From positions 81,654,001-81,718,000 of the forward strand of contig OX597817.1 in the NCBI GenBank assembly GCA_951406725.2: 64,000 nucleotides of DNA, given 5' to 3'. Position 1 is the first letter of the stretch. Every line of letters starts with the position of its first letter. Made by a program: the position numbers and the translations under genes. Below, piece by piece: positions 1 through 13,464 of the stretch. This stretch comes from Octopus vulgaris. Taxonomy: Eukaryota. Below the pieces are notes generated by a model, which was given only the letters and a program-made list of their open reading frames with translations, had not been told where the DNA came from and ran no database searches.

Positions 1-70
1 CAACCTTCTAAATATATTCCTGCTCTAATGTTTTAGAGTGTGCTTCTTTTTCGGATATATATGAACTACT

Positions 71-385
71 GGTGGCACGTAAAAAGCACCATCCAAATCG
101 TGGCCGATGCCAGCGCCGCCTTGACTGGCTTCCGTGCTGGTGGCACGTAAAATGCATCAGTCCGATCGTGGCCGTTGCCAGCCTCCCCTGGCACCTGTGC
201 AGGTGGCGCGTAAAAAGCACCCACTACACTCACGGAGTGGTTGGCGTTAGGAAGGGCATCCAGCTGTAGAAACACTACCAGACCAGACTGGAGCCTGGTG
301 CAGCCTTCTGGCTTCCCAGATCCCCAGTCGAACTGTCCAACCCATGCTAGCATGGAGAACGGACGTTAAACGATGATGATGATGA
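71..385 (+). mobile_element. 3' tail of a retroposon (RTE-like tail) ending in (GAT)n
   Basis: Three internal repeats of ggtggc(a/g)cgtaaaa, the motif ggttggcgttaggaagggcatccagctgtag, and the terminus ggacgttaaacgatgatgatgat. Degenerate relatives at ~500-620 and ~3660-3965. Confidence 0.55.
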
Positions 386-660
386 TTGTGTGTTTGAGAT
401 AGTATTTATTCTTCAGTAATCATTCCATAGTTACAGTTGTGACAATTCGTAATGCTAGACAGATGCAGGTGTTTCCAGTCTTCCTTGAAAACATGCCCAT
501 CCAAGGGCAATTATTACCTTAGAAATGGGTGAGGGTTGACAACTGGAAAAGTGTCCAGCCATAGATGTTCCCTTGGCACATTCCTTCTGACTCATGCAAG
601 CATGTCAAAACGATGTTAATGTTGATAAGATATATATATATATATAGTAATATTATATCT

Positions 661-1080
661 AGGTGCAGGTGTGGCTATGTGGTAAGAAGCTTGCCTTCTC
701 ACTACATGGTTCAAGTTCAGTCCTACTGTTTGGCACCTTGGGCAAGTTTCTTCTACTATGGCCTTGAATCAAGCAAAACCTTGTGAGTGGATTTGGTACA
801 GGGAAACTGAAAGAAGCCCATTGTGTGTGTGTGTGTGCGTGCGCGTGTATCTGTGTATGTATATATCTATGTATGTGCGACTGTGTTTTCCCCCCATCAC
901 TGCTTGACAACCGCTGTTGTGTTTATGTCCCTGTAACTTTGTAGCTTGGTAAAAGAAACTGATAGCATAAATACTAGGCTTTAAAAAAAAAAGTCCTGGG
1001 ATGGATTCATTTGACTAAAACCCCTCAAGGTGGTGCTCTTGCATGGTGACAGTCAAATTACAGAAACAAGTAAAAGAAGA
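661..1080 (+). mobile_element. tRNA-derived SINE, family A (octopus OK/OR-like), with internal microsatellite
   Basis: A-box tggctatgtggta, B-box-like gttcagtcc, core ccttgtgagtggatttggta...gaaactgaaagaagccc, internal (TG)n, tail gaaacaagtaaaaga. About 15 copies in the window. Confidence 0.85.
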
Positions 1081-1295
1081 AATGAATATTAGTTTACTAT
1101 AATAATACTCTTGTATTTTTCTCCATCACAACATATGAATGAAAAAGGAAGGGGTGATAGATGAATAAGGAAGGAAGGGGTGATGGCAAACTGGTAGTGG
1201 GAGACTTTCAACTGTGTGTGAGCATTTCAACTGTGTGTGAGTATATGTATGTGTATGTAAAAGGGAGGGAGGTGTGTGTGTGCAATGGAAGTGGG

Positions 1296-1645
1296 ATGGT
1301 GAACATTCAGTCCCACTGCATGGCACCTTGGGCAAGTGTCTTCTACTATAGCCTCGGGCCAACCAAAGCCTTGTGAGTGGATTTGGTAGACGGAAACTGA
1401 AAGAAGCCCATTGTATATATGTATATATGTATGTGTGTGTATATGTTTGTCCCCACCAACATCGCTTGACAACCGATGCTGGTGTGTTTACATCCCCCGT
1501 AACTTAGCAGCTCGGCAAAAGAGACCGATAGAACAAGTACTAGGCTTACAAAGAATAAGTCCTGGGGTCGATTTGCTCAACTAAAGGCGGTGCTCCAGCA
1601 TGGCCGCAGTCAAATGACTGAAACAAGTAAAAGCGTAAAAGAGTG
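1296..1645 (+). mobile_element. SINE family A, 5' degenerate
   Basis: Same core and tail as 34681-35106. Confidence 0.85.
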
Positions 1646-1886
1646 AATAGAAGCAGTATTAATACCAAAGGCAATCTTTATATCCAACTTAACATATATG
1701 TTGTGTTAAAATACCAAATGCTGTGTTATTTACCTTGAGAGGACCTCTCGAATGAGTGCATGGTCCATAAAAGCACTCGTGTATATATTGTTGGCAGATG
1801 AAAATTGTCTGTGATGGACACCAGAACTGCTAGTAATGTATGTATTTATACATACTCATGATTCTTAGGGCGATACCCTAACCAGT

Positions 1887-2155
1887 AGGCATGGCTTAGT
1901 GGTCAAGGTGTTGCCCTCATGATCAGAAGACTGTGGTTTCAATTCTTAGACTGGGTTAGTGCATTGTGTTCTTGAGTTCGTTTCTCTGTGATCAATTCAA
2001 CACCTGACGCGTGGTACACCGTGCATCTGTTTAGGCAACATCGAATTAATGGAGAAAGTGAGCAAAAGTACAGCACATACATTTGATAGATCATTTGTGC
2101 AGGTTGTTCGGCAAAAGCTGAACACTTGTATGTCATATTTGATAGGAGAGTCCCA
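1887..2155 (+). mobile_element. tRNA-derived SINE, family C head
   Basis: A-box tggcttagtggtcaag, B-box ggtttcaattc, gcattgtgttcttgag; related to 14677-14923 and 28215-28472. Confidence 0.6.
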
Positions 2156-2631
2156 ACACATATATATTAATATATATTAGTATATATTTATATACTTATG
2201 TTGATATGACTGAAGTGTTTGCAAAGTACTCGGCATATTTGGAAGCAATGTAAGTTTACTTCTTACGACTTGGTAGCTATAGCAGATTCCAGACTCATTT
2301 GAAGGATTTATCTGAGAGGATGAGCTTCACTTTATGCTGAATGTGTGGTGGTCAGTTTTGAAGTGAAGTAGGAATAGGAATTCTAGGAATTAGAGAGAGT
2401 TACTGGGTTGTGCAGCACACTATCTCTACACTAGGCTTTCCAATGCCCGCAACCACATACCCATGCTTAAATAGTTTTTGATTTGAGTAAATAAAGATAT
2501 GGCAGGTAATTTATTACTTTATTGTATGGGGAGACTTAAAGCATTTACACACAATCACGCGCACAAGAACCAGTCTGATGTACATCCTAAAACCTATTGC
2601 ACATGTACACATACCTTTATATGTCACTATA

Positions 2632-2679
<48 letters not shown>

Positions 2680-2680
<1 letters not shown>

Positions 2681-3045
2681 TCTTTTACTTGTTACAGTCA
2701 TTTGACTGCAGCTATGCTGGGGCACTGCCTCAAAGGGTTTTAGTTGTACAAATTGACTCCAGGACTTTTTTTTTTATTTTCAAAGCCTGGTACTTATTCG
2801 ACCGGTCTCGTATGCCGGACCACTGAGGTATGGGGAGGTAAACACTCCAACACAAGTTGTCAAACAATGGTAGGACACACACACACACACACACACATAT
2901 AGTGGGCTTCTTTCAGTTTCTGTTTACCAATCCACTCACAAAGCTTTGGTTGGCCCAAGGCTATAGTAGAAGATGCCCAAGGTGCCACACAGACTGAAAC
3001 CAGAACCTTGTGGTTGGGAAACAAACTTCTTACTACACAGCTATA
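2680..3045 (-). mobile_element. SINE family A
   Basis: Reverse complement of the family A tail, core and head. Confidence 0.8.
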
Positions 3046-3329
3046 TATTTATAACTTCAAGAAGACACATTCACACAGATACACCTAAAAAATATATACA
3101 AATATACTGAGATGCATGCACACACATATGCCTTATTTGCATGGATACATGTCTATGTATATGCTTTTATTTGAATGGATTATCTCTTAAGTTATAATCT
3201 ATTTTCTCATTACTTGTCAGCTATGCTTGAGAAATTGACACAATTTCAGATTTTTATAAAAACTGTCAAAAGGAATTGGTTATTTAAGTAATTTCTATTA
3301 ACATCTAAAGGTGCAAATGTTGCTAGTTA

Positions 3330-3480
3330 GTAAGCTTGCTTGCTTCCCAACCATATAGTCTTGAGTTCAGTCCCACTGTACAGCCTTGGGCAAATGTCTC
3401 CTACTATTGCTCTGGCTGATCAATGCCTTGTGAGTCAATTTGGTAGATGGAAACTGAAAGAAGCCCCGCATGTGTGTGTA
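3330..3480 (+). mobile_element. SINE family A, 5' part
   Basis: gagttcagtccc ... ccttgtgagtcaatttggtagatggaaactgaaagaagcccc. Confidence 0.7.
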
Positions 3481-4008
3481 CAAGCTGGTATAAATTATCT
3501 GCCTCTCTTGACATGATGTGATAATTGTAAATGGTTATTATTGTCATGTAAACAGTGTCATTGATTTCCAATATTCTGCTAAGAACATTTGTCACATGAA
3601 AATATTACCTTGCTTGGAAATGCATGAGGGTTGGTAACAGGAACCATATTAGGTCATAGAAAATCACCATCATTGTTTAATGTCCGTTTTCCATGCTGGC
3701 ATGGGCCGGATTGTTTGATGGAGATGGCCAGGCAGATGACTGCATCAGACTTCTGTGTCTGTTTTGGCAAGGTTTTTACACCAGAGTGGACTGGTGCTTT
3801 TTATGTGGCAGAAGCACAGGTGAGGTCAGTTTTGGCATGGTTTTTAGGACTGGATACCCTTCCATGCACACAACCACTTTACAGTATGAAAATCTGTCTG
3901 ACCCTTGCAAGCATGGAAAATTGGACTTTGAATATTGATGTTGATGACGACGACAATGATGATGGCAATGTTGAATGATGTCTTGTTTTCTTTTTTTTCT
4001 TCTTCCAG

Positions 4009-4089
4009 AAATGCATCGATAATCTTATTGAGAAAGAATATTTGGAGAGAGTCGATGGCCAAAAAGATGTCTACAGTTACCTAGCCTAG
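4009..4089 (+). CDS. CUL1: Terminal coding exon of cullin-1 (C-terminal winged-helix domain)
   Basis: A polypyrimidine tract plus CAG acceptor (ttttttttcttcttccag) is followed by [26 protein letters not shown], which matches the cullin-1 C-terminus [26 protein letters not shown]. Too short for the ORF track. No upstream exons were recognised in 1-4008. Confidence 0.92.
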   Translation, partial: KCIDNLIEKEYLERVDGQKDVYSYLA

Positions 4090-5900
4090 TTCCTGTGTCT
4101 GATTGCAGATGAAGTTTTTAATTTAGCCAGTTAATAATAATAACAACACTAATTTATTGCTGGATCTTTGCTGTCATCGGCTTTACTAGCAGGAAGGAGA
4201 AGAGCAAAAAAGAAACTGACTCCAGTTCTGTTTTTTGTGTCTGAAAAGCAGTGTCATTTTCTTCAAGTTGTGCAGACCAGCATTGCAACAAACAAGAGCA
4301 TTGGTTGGTTGGTTGGTTTGTTGATTGGCTGGTTGTTCCAGCAATGGAGTTGAGCATTCTACAATACTGCTCCTGTCCTCTCTCTTCACTTCCCGTTGTT
4401 GTTTAGAAAAAAATGTTTTCCTGAAAACAAACTTGTAAAAATTATCAATGGATTAATTTATATTGCTTTCTCATTCCTTGAAACGAGGAAGATGTAGCTG
4501 GTATTTTTTTATTATTTTTAATTTTTTTTTTTTTTTCTATTCTCCATGCGCTCTCGTACAATGGAAAACATTCCTGTATTTGCTGAACTGTGCTTTTCTT
4601 GAATGGAAACATTCCCACCTTTGCTGAAATTTCTTCTATTCTTCTCACTGTTCATTTGTGAGAAATGTTTGGTCTCTTTCCCTGGCTCCACAGATCTTAT
4701 ATAGTCCACTCACTGTCTTGGACTGTCTTGGGTACTATTTTCCTCTCTTGATCTTTTTTATATAATTAGAACCCAGCCAGTTCAATACCCAATTACGAAC
4801 AAAAGAAAATAAACCAAGAAAAAAAAATACATCCAAAAAACAAAGCAAACAGACAAAAAATAAAATAAATATAAGCAAAGCTATTTCCTTCTCTCAATCT
4901 GTTTATTGCTATTCTTTTTAATGCGTTGCAATTCTCTTGGGAGATTGTTCCATATTCCTAGGTGGGTATTGGTTTTTTTTTGAGAACTCCTTTCTCTCTG
5001 TGTCATTCTGTTCATTTCTTCACCCCTCTCCCTCTTTGCTTCTCTCTCTTTACTCTTATCCCACACTATCTCTTGGTTGATAGAACATAAGAAATTAAGA
5101 AATTTTACGGTACCTAATATCAACAATATGATGTGATGAACAGTGGCCTTGTCCCATGTGGATTGATCTTTTCTTTTGTGGTTTTTCTTTGATAGAACTT
5201 CTTTAAAACTGGTTTCTGAAGGCAAATTTTTGCTTAACATACATGTCGATTTCTTCAAGCCAAAGTTGTATTACATAACAACACCAGGATATCTTATGCT
5301 CTTGTACCAAAATCTCAAAACGATATTCACAGTGTTAACAATCAAATCAAATCATTAATTGAAGAATGCCTTGACAAAAGAATTAATTTTTTCTTTCCTA
5401 ACATTGTTTGAAGACGTGGTAAACTTTTAATTTCAAGGGGTTGCGGAATAAAAATAAAAAGACCCCCTCCAAAAATTTATGAAAGTTAGCTCAGAAATGG
5501 TTGGCTTGTTTTTCAAAAGTTGCAATAAAACACAAAACAGTTTCTCTTTGAGGATTTCCTTAAAAGTAAGAATGTAAATAAAATTTTAGCAAAAAATAAA
5601 AACCTCCAAAAAAGCAAAAATTACTCTTACACATACACACACACTGTTATTGTTGTATCTAATATAAAGAACATTTGATTGATGGGAAACAGCAATCAAT
5701 ATCTGACTTCGGCACTGCCTTTGCTGATAGCTTGCTTAAGTTCATTGTAGAGACTCTGCCCAGAGAAACAAGGCTTGGAATCCCTTTTAATACCAAAAAC
5801 ATATAAAGCCAACCTATATGAACACAGCTTTCTCATCTTTGACTGACTCCTTTAATTCCTCACCCCCACCCCTTTCCACACTGAACAAGAAAGGACAATA
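4090..5900 (+). promoter_or_regulatory. Probable CUL1 3' UTR (proximal part) with candidate poly(A) signals
   Basis: ~1.8 kb with no recognisable transposons directly after the stop codon; AATAAA at ~4808, ~5447, ~5524 and ~5577. True 3' end unknown. Confidence 0.55.
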
Positions 5901-5919
5901 CAAAAAGCCACATTTGGTT

Positions 5920-5947
5920 CTGTATATATTTATAGTGTGTGTGTGTG

Positions 5948-6014
<67 letters not shown>

Positions 6015-6400
6015 TGTGTGTGTATATATGTTTGATATATATATATTGTGTGTGTATATATATATATGTATATATATGTATGTGAATATATGTGTGTGTG
6101 TGTATATATATATATATGTATGTTTGTTTGTATATATATGTGTATATGTCTGTATGTGTGTGTATATATGTATGTATATATTTGTACATATGGTTATATA
6201 CGTGTGTATAGATGTGTGTATGTGTGCGTTTATGTATATATACATATGTGTGTGTATGTATGTGTGTGTATATAAGATGATATGTATGTGTATATCATAT
6301 ATGAAGATATGTGTGTGTGTCTCTTAAATATTACTATATACATGCATTTGTGTATATTTGTTTTTATGTATGTATGTTGTATATGTATATATATATATAT
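5920..6400. repeat. Compound (TA)n/(TG)n microsatellite
   Basis: Directly visible. Confidence 0.95.
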
Positions 6401-6402
6401 AG

Positions 6403-8300
6403 ACAATATTAAAAATAAGGATTCTGAAGTAGCAATAGCATTATCTTTAATTCTATAATTATATACCACCTTTTAAGACCAACACATGTTGCACCAATTA
6501 GTAATCGTTGCAATTGCAACCCTGCTATAAAACGGTGCAGTCTCTTCAGGGTCTTACCTTCACATCCCTCTCGGTATGGTCGTTTAATGATTTCCTTTTA
6601 TAAACCCTGCGTTGTACAGTTTAGAGCTGTCCGTTAAGTCATACGCGAACAATCTCTATTTCAAGTTCTTATGGGATAATCATTTTCAGGCCATCATTTC
6701 AAAACTTTGTATAGTTTAAATGATAATTATTCATTTATACTTCGCAAATGTGAATTACCTCATCTGCAAGCATCTAAATGCTTGCTCCTGTCTAGAATTT
6801 ACTACATTATCCTTGAATGTAAAAATCCTGTAAAATTCTTCTAAACATAAGCTATATCTGTCGGTTCCAGGTCTGTATAAACGGGTATAAACGCCAAAAT
6901 TATGATCTTAACTCGACGAATACTTTATGGTTAATCGTTTCATTTGATAAACAGCTCAATTACAATTTTTCCAAAATGTTTAATATAGGAATTCAAATAT
7001 ATTTTCCAAGAAATCACAAATATTACAAAAGTTTTAATCGACATAGGATTAGATCTGGTTATTGTCTTAGCCGTAATATTGCATAAATTATAGCAGCACC
7101 TAATGTTAAAATATATCGAACTTTCAAAAAAGCAATTACAATCAGAATGGCTTAATAAATTCGAAGCATAATAACTCAAACGGAATAAGGGAACTCAAAT
7201 AGAAGGGAACACTAAGAAATTAAAGGTTGTGGGAAGGGAAACAACCAAATTTGACATAATAACGTCAAGTCGAATAAAAATTCAGTTAGACATAGAACGA
7301 AGATAATGTTATCTAAAGGAGTAAATAGCAATAAAGAACTTGGTGGAAATGAATTTAATTCTACAATGAATGATCAAATTGAAACTGAATCTGAGGGAAA
7401 TATAAAAGGCTATCTTTGCAATTGTTCTAAACAGGAATCCTGTTACGTGGAAAATAAATAAACTAAAAATGCAATATATAAATGTATAGTTACATCGGTG
7501 AGACATCATTAATTTTTAAGAGGAGACTAGCAAATCATTTGAATTCGTTTAAAGACAAAAATAAAAGGTTCCAAATGAATCTTAGCAAATTAATCTGGTC
7601 TTGTAAGGACAATAACAAGGACAATACAATTAAATGGGAATTAATTTGTATTGCAAACTCATGCAAATCTGGACTCAATAGATGTGACTTACGTTTAGAA
7701 GAATTTCACAGGATTTTCATATCCAAGGGTAATGTAATAAATTTTAGACAGGAGCAAGCATTTAGATGCTTGCAGATGAGGTAATTCACATTTGCGAAGT
7801 ATAAATGAATAATTATCATTTAAACTATTCAAGGTTTTGAAATGATAGACTGAAAATGATTATCCCATAAGAACTTGAAATAGAGATCGTTCGCGTCTGA
7901 ATTAACGGACAGCAGGGTTTATAAAAGATCATTAAATGGCCATACTGAGGGATGTCAGGGTAAGACCCTGAAGAGACTTCACCGTTTTATAGCAGGGTTG
8001 CAGTTGCAACAATCGGTGCAACATGTGTTGGTCTTAAAAGGTGGTATATAATTATAGAATTAAAAGATAATGCAATTGCTACTAAGGAGTAATACCTTAT
8101 TTTTGATATTGCTTATATTTATACTCCAGGAAACCTATATGGTTAAGGAAATATATTCAGAATTATCCAACGGAATATTCCTCTAATTTCTTACCTTATA
8201 AGAACTTAACTGGATTTATTTTAACTGTTGAATAACATATTTTGAATACCCAACAGAGCAAACTGGTAATCGTTTTGGGGTAATCTCTTACTTTTTACTA
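6403..8300 (+). mobile_element. 5'-truncated Penelope-like element with inverted pLTR
   Basis: 6925-7785 encodes a degenerate linker and GIY-YIG (WLIVSFDKQ...FPRNHKYYKSFNRHRIR; YSYIGETSLIFKRRLANHLNSF...WELI...RCDLRLEE). 6405-6900 is an inverted, slightly different copy of ~7650-8120. Both ends abut (TA)n. Confidence 0.85.
7961..8036 (+). ncRNA. Hammerhead-like motif with variant core (GCAAC instead of GAAAC); inverted copy at 6474-6556
   Basis: taagacc-CTGAAGA-...accg...cggt-GCAAC-ATGT-GTT-ggtctta; stem I is a perfect 7 bp, stem II is imperfect. Confidence 0.55.
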
Positions 8301-8903
8301 ATATATATATATATATATACACATACGTACACACACATGTATGTGTGTGAGAGAGTTTTTACAATTGAAGAGACTAGTCCTGTGCTATAAAGGGTATTGT
8401 TGTTTCTGTACTTAACGATGCACCTGTCTGTGGATTACTCAACAATTTATTCTCAAATTCAATTGAGTAGGGATTTCAGCTGAGTGAACGGCTGGCACAC
8501 TTGTTGCCGTTAGTGTTACTACCATTCAATATTAGAGAGAAAGAGTGTGTGTGTTTCTCTGTATGTGTCTGTCTATCCATCCATTCACGTGTCCGTGTGT
8601 TGTATGCGTATACGGCTGTTTGTGTCTATGTAAATATGTATACATGTGTATATTTGTGTGTGTGTGTTTATATGTATATATATATATATGACTAATTTAT
8701 GTATGTTAATGTGCATGCATATACGGTCATGTATAAGTATGTGTGTGTGTATATATATATATATTTGCACGTAAATATATACTTGTATGTCTGTGTGTGT
8801 ATGTGTATATATATATATTTACACGTAAATATATACTTGTATGTATGTGTGTATATTTATATATATATGCACGTAAATATATACTTGTATATGTGTGTTG
8901 TGC

Positions 8904-8935
<32 letters not shown>

Positions 8936-9165
8936 GTGTGTATATATATATATGTGTGTATATACTTATATATAATGTTATATACATATTATATATTTAG
9001 GATGTAAACTGGATGAACTATCGCCGTTATGTAATAGAAGTCCTGTTCTGTGTTTAGGGCAAATGCTGTTAAAAATATATTAAAAAAATCCTTCCTTCAG
9101 TATATGAAACACGAGCCTTTATTATACACGTATATATTGTTGTTTTGTTGTTATAACTGCAACAC

Positions 9166-9218
<53 letters not shown>

Positions 9219-9664
9219 GTGTGTGTATATATGTTTAAGTAGAAAACCTTATGATTTTCTTCATGATTTTACATCATAAAACATTGTTTGTTTCTCTTGA
9301 TTTAGTTTGTAAAAATATTTTAATTAAAAGACAGGTAAAAAAGAATGATGAAAAATAAAAGGAAAAATAAAGAGAACTCTACATTGTCACTTTATCTGCT
9401 GCTGTTTCTTGATTTAGGTTTAACTTACGAACTCTTAAAAGCCGTGTGTGTGTGTGTGTGTGTGAGAATGAGGCAACGCAAACATTGACTCTGTAGGAAA
9501 TAACCTAGTTATTATGTTGTGTCCTATTTCCTTATCTCGTATATTAATTTAATACCTTCTAATCCAGGTCATTGTAACTTGCAAATGTGTAGACATTCTT
9601 TGAGTGGCGTTGTTTTTGTTTACAAACTTTGTATAATTGGAATATTATTATCACTACTGCCATC

Positions 9665-10385
9665 AAGGCGGCGAGCTGGCAGAAACGTTAGCACGCTGGG
9701 CGAAATGCTTAGCGGTGTTTCGTCTGCCGTTACGTTCTGAGTTCAAATTCCGCCGAGGTCGACTTTGCCTTTCATCCTTTCGGGGTCGATTAAATTAAGT
9801 ACCAGTTTCGCACTGGGTCGATGTAATCGACTTAATCCGTTTGTCTGTTCTTGTTTGTTCCCTCTGTGTTTAACCCCTTGTGGGTAGTAAAGAAATAGGT
9901 ATTTCGTCTACCGTTACGTTCTGAGTTCAAATTCCGCCGAGGTCGACTTTGCCTTTCATCCTTTCGGGGTCGATAAATAAAGTACCAGTTTCGCACTGGG
10001 TCGATGTAATCGACTTAATCCGTTTGTCTGTCCTTGTTTGCTCCCTCTGTGTTTAACCCCTTGTGGGTAGTAAAGAAATAGGTATTTCGTCTACCGTTAC
10101 GTTCTGAGTTCAAATTCCGCCGAGGTCGACTTTGCCTTTCATCCTTTCGGGATTGATAAATAAAGTACCAGTTTCGCACTGGGGTCGATGTAATCGACTT
10201 AATCTGTTTGTTTGTTCCCTCTGTGTTTAGCCCCTTGTGGGTAGTAAAGAAATAGGTATTTCGTCTACCGTTACGTTCTGAGTTCAAATTCCGCCGAGGT
10301 CGACTTTGCCTTTCATCCTTTCGGGGTCGATAAATTGAGTACTAGTGAAACACCGAGGTCGATGTGGTCGACTTGTCTCCCTCAC
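9665..10385 (+). mobile_element. tRNA-derived SINE family B, head-to-tail multimer (one head plus ~3.6 body units of 174-184 bp)
   Basis: Head aaggcggcgagctggcagaaacgttagc, B-box gagttcaaattcc; units start at 9714, 9898, 10081 and 10255. Confidence 0.9.
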
Positions 10386-10759
10386 GAAATCCATCACTTG
10401 CTGTTGTTGTTGTTAAGCAACAAGACGGGTAAGGGTGATTAGGTGATGGTCTAGGGCTTAGGGGCGGGAGACCCCAGACCTTAGGAAAAAAACCCCAAAA
10501 CTTTGGTTGTCTTGTTGAAGTCGAGGGCTCTTCGTTGACGCCCGACACCACTAGGAGGTGGCCCTCGAAGTCGCTGGAAATGGAGATTTCCAGGTCCAAA
10601 TTCTTGAATGGCTGCTGCTGCTGCTACTACTGTTTCTATTATTATTGTGGGGTCGATGAAATAAATAAGTTCTATTTGAGCTCTGGAACCGATGTAACTG
10701 ATTAGCTCCCTCACCCTAAATTTCAGGATTTGTACCTATAGTAGAAAAGAATAATAATC

Positions 10760-11060
10760 TTTTCTACTGTAGGCACAAGGCCCTGGGGAGGGGCCAGTCG
10801 ATTACATCAACCCCACTACGCAACTGGTACTTAATGTATCGTCCCCGAAAGGATGAAAGGCAAAGTCGACCTCGGCCGAATTTGAACTCAGAACGTAAAC
10901 AGACGAAATACCTATTTCTGTTTCTTTAGTACCCACAAGGGGCTAAACACAGGACAAACAAGGACAGACAAACGGATTAAGTTCGTAATTGGTACTTATT
11001 TAATCGACCCCGAAAGGATGAAAGACAAAGTCGACCTCAGCGGAATTTGAACTCAGAGTG
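10760..11060 (-). mobile_element. SINE family B dimeric fragment
   Basis: ccccgaaaggatgaaaggcaaagtcgacctcgg occurs twice. Confidence 0.8.
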
Positions 11061-11665
11061 GGTTTGGTAGACGAAAACTGAAAGAAGCCCATCATGTGTG
11101 TGTGTGTGCGTATGTTGGTGTGTTTACGCCCCCGTCACTTAGCGGTTCGGCAAGAGAGACCGATAGAATAAATACTAGGCTTACAAGGAATAAGTCCTGG
11201 GGTCGACTTGCTCGACTAAAGGCGGTGCTCCAGCATGGCTGCAGTCAAATGACTGAAACAAATAGAACGAAAAACAAAAAGATTCCCGTGGGTGTGTTGT
11301 TAGAAGTTTGCCTCTCAACCGCATGGTTCTGAGTTCGAACCCACTGCATTGGCACATTGAGCAAATGTCCTCTACTATAGCCTCAGGCCAACCAAAATCT
11401 TGTGAGCGGATTTGGTAGACAGAAACTGAAAGAAGCCCGTTGTATTTATGGATATATCTATGTGTGTGCTTTTGTGTCTGTGTTTATTCTCAGCCACTGC
11501 TTGACAACCGGTGTTGGTGTATTTATGTCCTAACTTAGTGGTTCGGCAGAAGAATAAATACCAGGTTTTAAAGATTAAATACTGGGTTCGATTCGTTCCA
11601 CTAAAAGTTCTTCAAGGCGGTGTTCTAGCATGGCCGCAGTCATGCTAGACTGAAACAAGGAAAAT
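11058..11665 (+). mobile_element. Two adjacent SINE family A copies
   Basis: Core and tail motifs at 11060-11270 and 11285-11665. Confidence 0.8.
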
Positions 11666-12019
11666 ATTAAAAAACTCACCAAAACAAATAGAATTGATAT
11701 TTTCCCTGCTTCCAAAAGTTTTTGATTCTTACTGTGCAGAGAAATATTTGGTGAAATATGTGATAAACTTAAGAAAATGTGAAAAATTGACTTTGGTAAA
11801 ACAAAGTGTCACTGAGGTGTCTCCACTTTTCGTGAAACAAAACCGCTTTCCTCATTTACCGGTAGTAAAAATTTAAGCGAGTTTATCCACTTTCCGCGTT
11901 CAGAGGGTTAAGACAGAAATGCATAATTTGAGGAATATTTAGTTACTATTTTTAACACATCAAGCAACCGAGCAGAAGATCATTTGTTGACTCATGTCAA
12001 CTGAGCTGATGGTATATAG

Positions 12020-12220
12020 TACTCTTTTACTTGTTTCAGTCATGTGACTGTGGCCATGCTGGAGCACCGCCTTTATTCGAGCAGTTCGAACCCAGGACTT
12101 ATTCTTTGTAAGCCTAGTACTTATTCTATCGGTCTTTTGCCGAACCGCTAAGTTACGGGGACGTAAACACACCAGCATCGGTTGTCAAGCGATGTTGGGG
12201 GAGGGGAACAAACATATACG

Positions 12221-12288
<68 letters not shown>

Positions 12289-12455
12289 TACGACGGGCAT
12301 CTTTCAGTTTCCGTCTACCAAATCCACTCACAAGGTTTTGGTCGGCCCCAAGCTATCGTAGAGGACACTTGCCCAAAGTGCCACGCAGTGGGACTGAACC
12401 TGGAACCATGTGGTTCGTAAGCAAGCTACTTACCACACAGCCACTCCTACGCCTA
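12020..12455 (-). mobile_element. SINE family A, near full length
   Basis: Close reverse complement of 34681-35106. Confidence 0.9.
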
Positions 12456-12654
12456 GTAAGCGAAAATTTCGATGGCTTAAAGGCAAGAGTTGTTAAAAGA
12501 TTCTCCATCGATTGCAATTTTACAGCTAAAAGCAAACTAAGATTTTACTTATTTTATAGAACCTGCAGAATTTGTACAATGTTGATGATGTCACAGTATT
12601 TAGTTATACTTCTTCACACTCTCGGTTCAATTTCTAAAATAAGTTAACTGTGAT

Positions 12655-13307
12655 ATATTGCTTTCAAATTTTGACACAGGGCCAGCAATTCCGCGGGAGG
12701 GGTCTAGTCGATTACATCGACCCCAGATCTTGACTGATACTTATTTTATCGACCCTAAGAGGAATGAAAAGCAAAGACGACTCGGCGGAATTTGAATTCA
12801 GGAAATAAAAACGGACGAAATGTATTTTGCCCGGCGTGCTAACGATTCTGCCAGCTAGCCGTCTTAGTTAACTATAAGATATTGCTTTCAAATTTTGACA
12901 CAAGGCCAGTATTTTCTGGGGGTGGGGGTTTAAGTCGATCACATCGACCCCAGTGCTCAACTGATACTTATTTCATCGATTCCGAAAGAATAAAAGGCAA
13001 AGTCTACCTCGGCGGAATTTAAATTCAGAACGTAAAGACGGACGAAATACCGCTAAGCATTTTGCCCAGCGTACAAATGATTCTTATTTTTTTTATTGCC
13101 CACAAGGGGCTAAACATAGAGGGGACAGACAAACGGATTAAGTCGATTATATCGACCCCAGTGTAACTGGTACTTATTTAATCGACCCCGAAAGGATGAA
13201 AAGTAAAGTCGACCTCGGCGGAATTTGAACTCACAACGTAACGGCAGACGAAATACGGCTACGCATTTCACCCGGAGTGCTAACGATTCTGCCAGCCCGC
13301 CGCCTTT
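12655..13307 (-). mobile_element. Three consecutive SINE family B copies
   Basis: gtcgacctcggcggaatttgaactca-type cores at ~12780, ~13005 and ~13210. Confidence 0.85.
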
Positions 13308-13464
13308 AGTTGGCTGCAAGATATTAGAAATTGCGTGTGGCAGGTTGACATAAAATAAAGGCCATTGAGTAACGAATTCCAAGACTAATGATTAGTATAG
13401 TGCCATCATAGCTCTCGAATGTTTCAAACAGAGAAAGCAAGTGGATGAGGAAAATATGAATGTA

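Noticed and set aside
10390-10620. GC-rich island with short minus-strand ORFs
   Set aside because: No recognisable protein or RNA motif.
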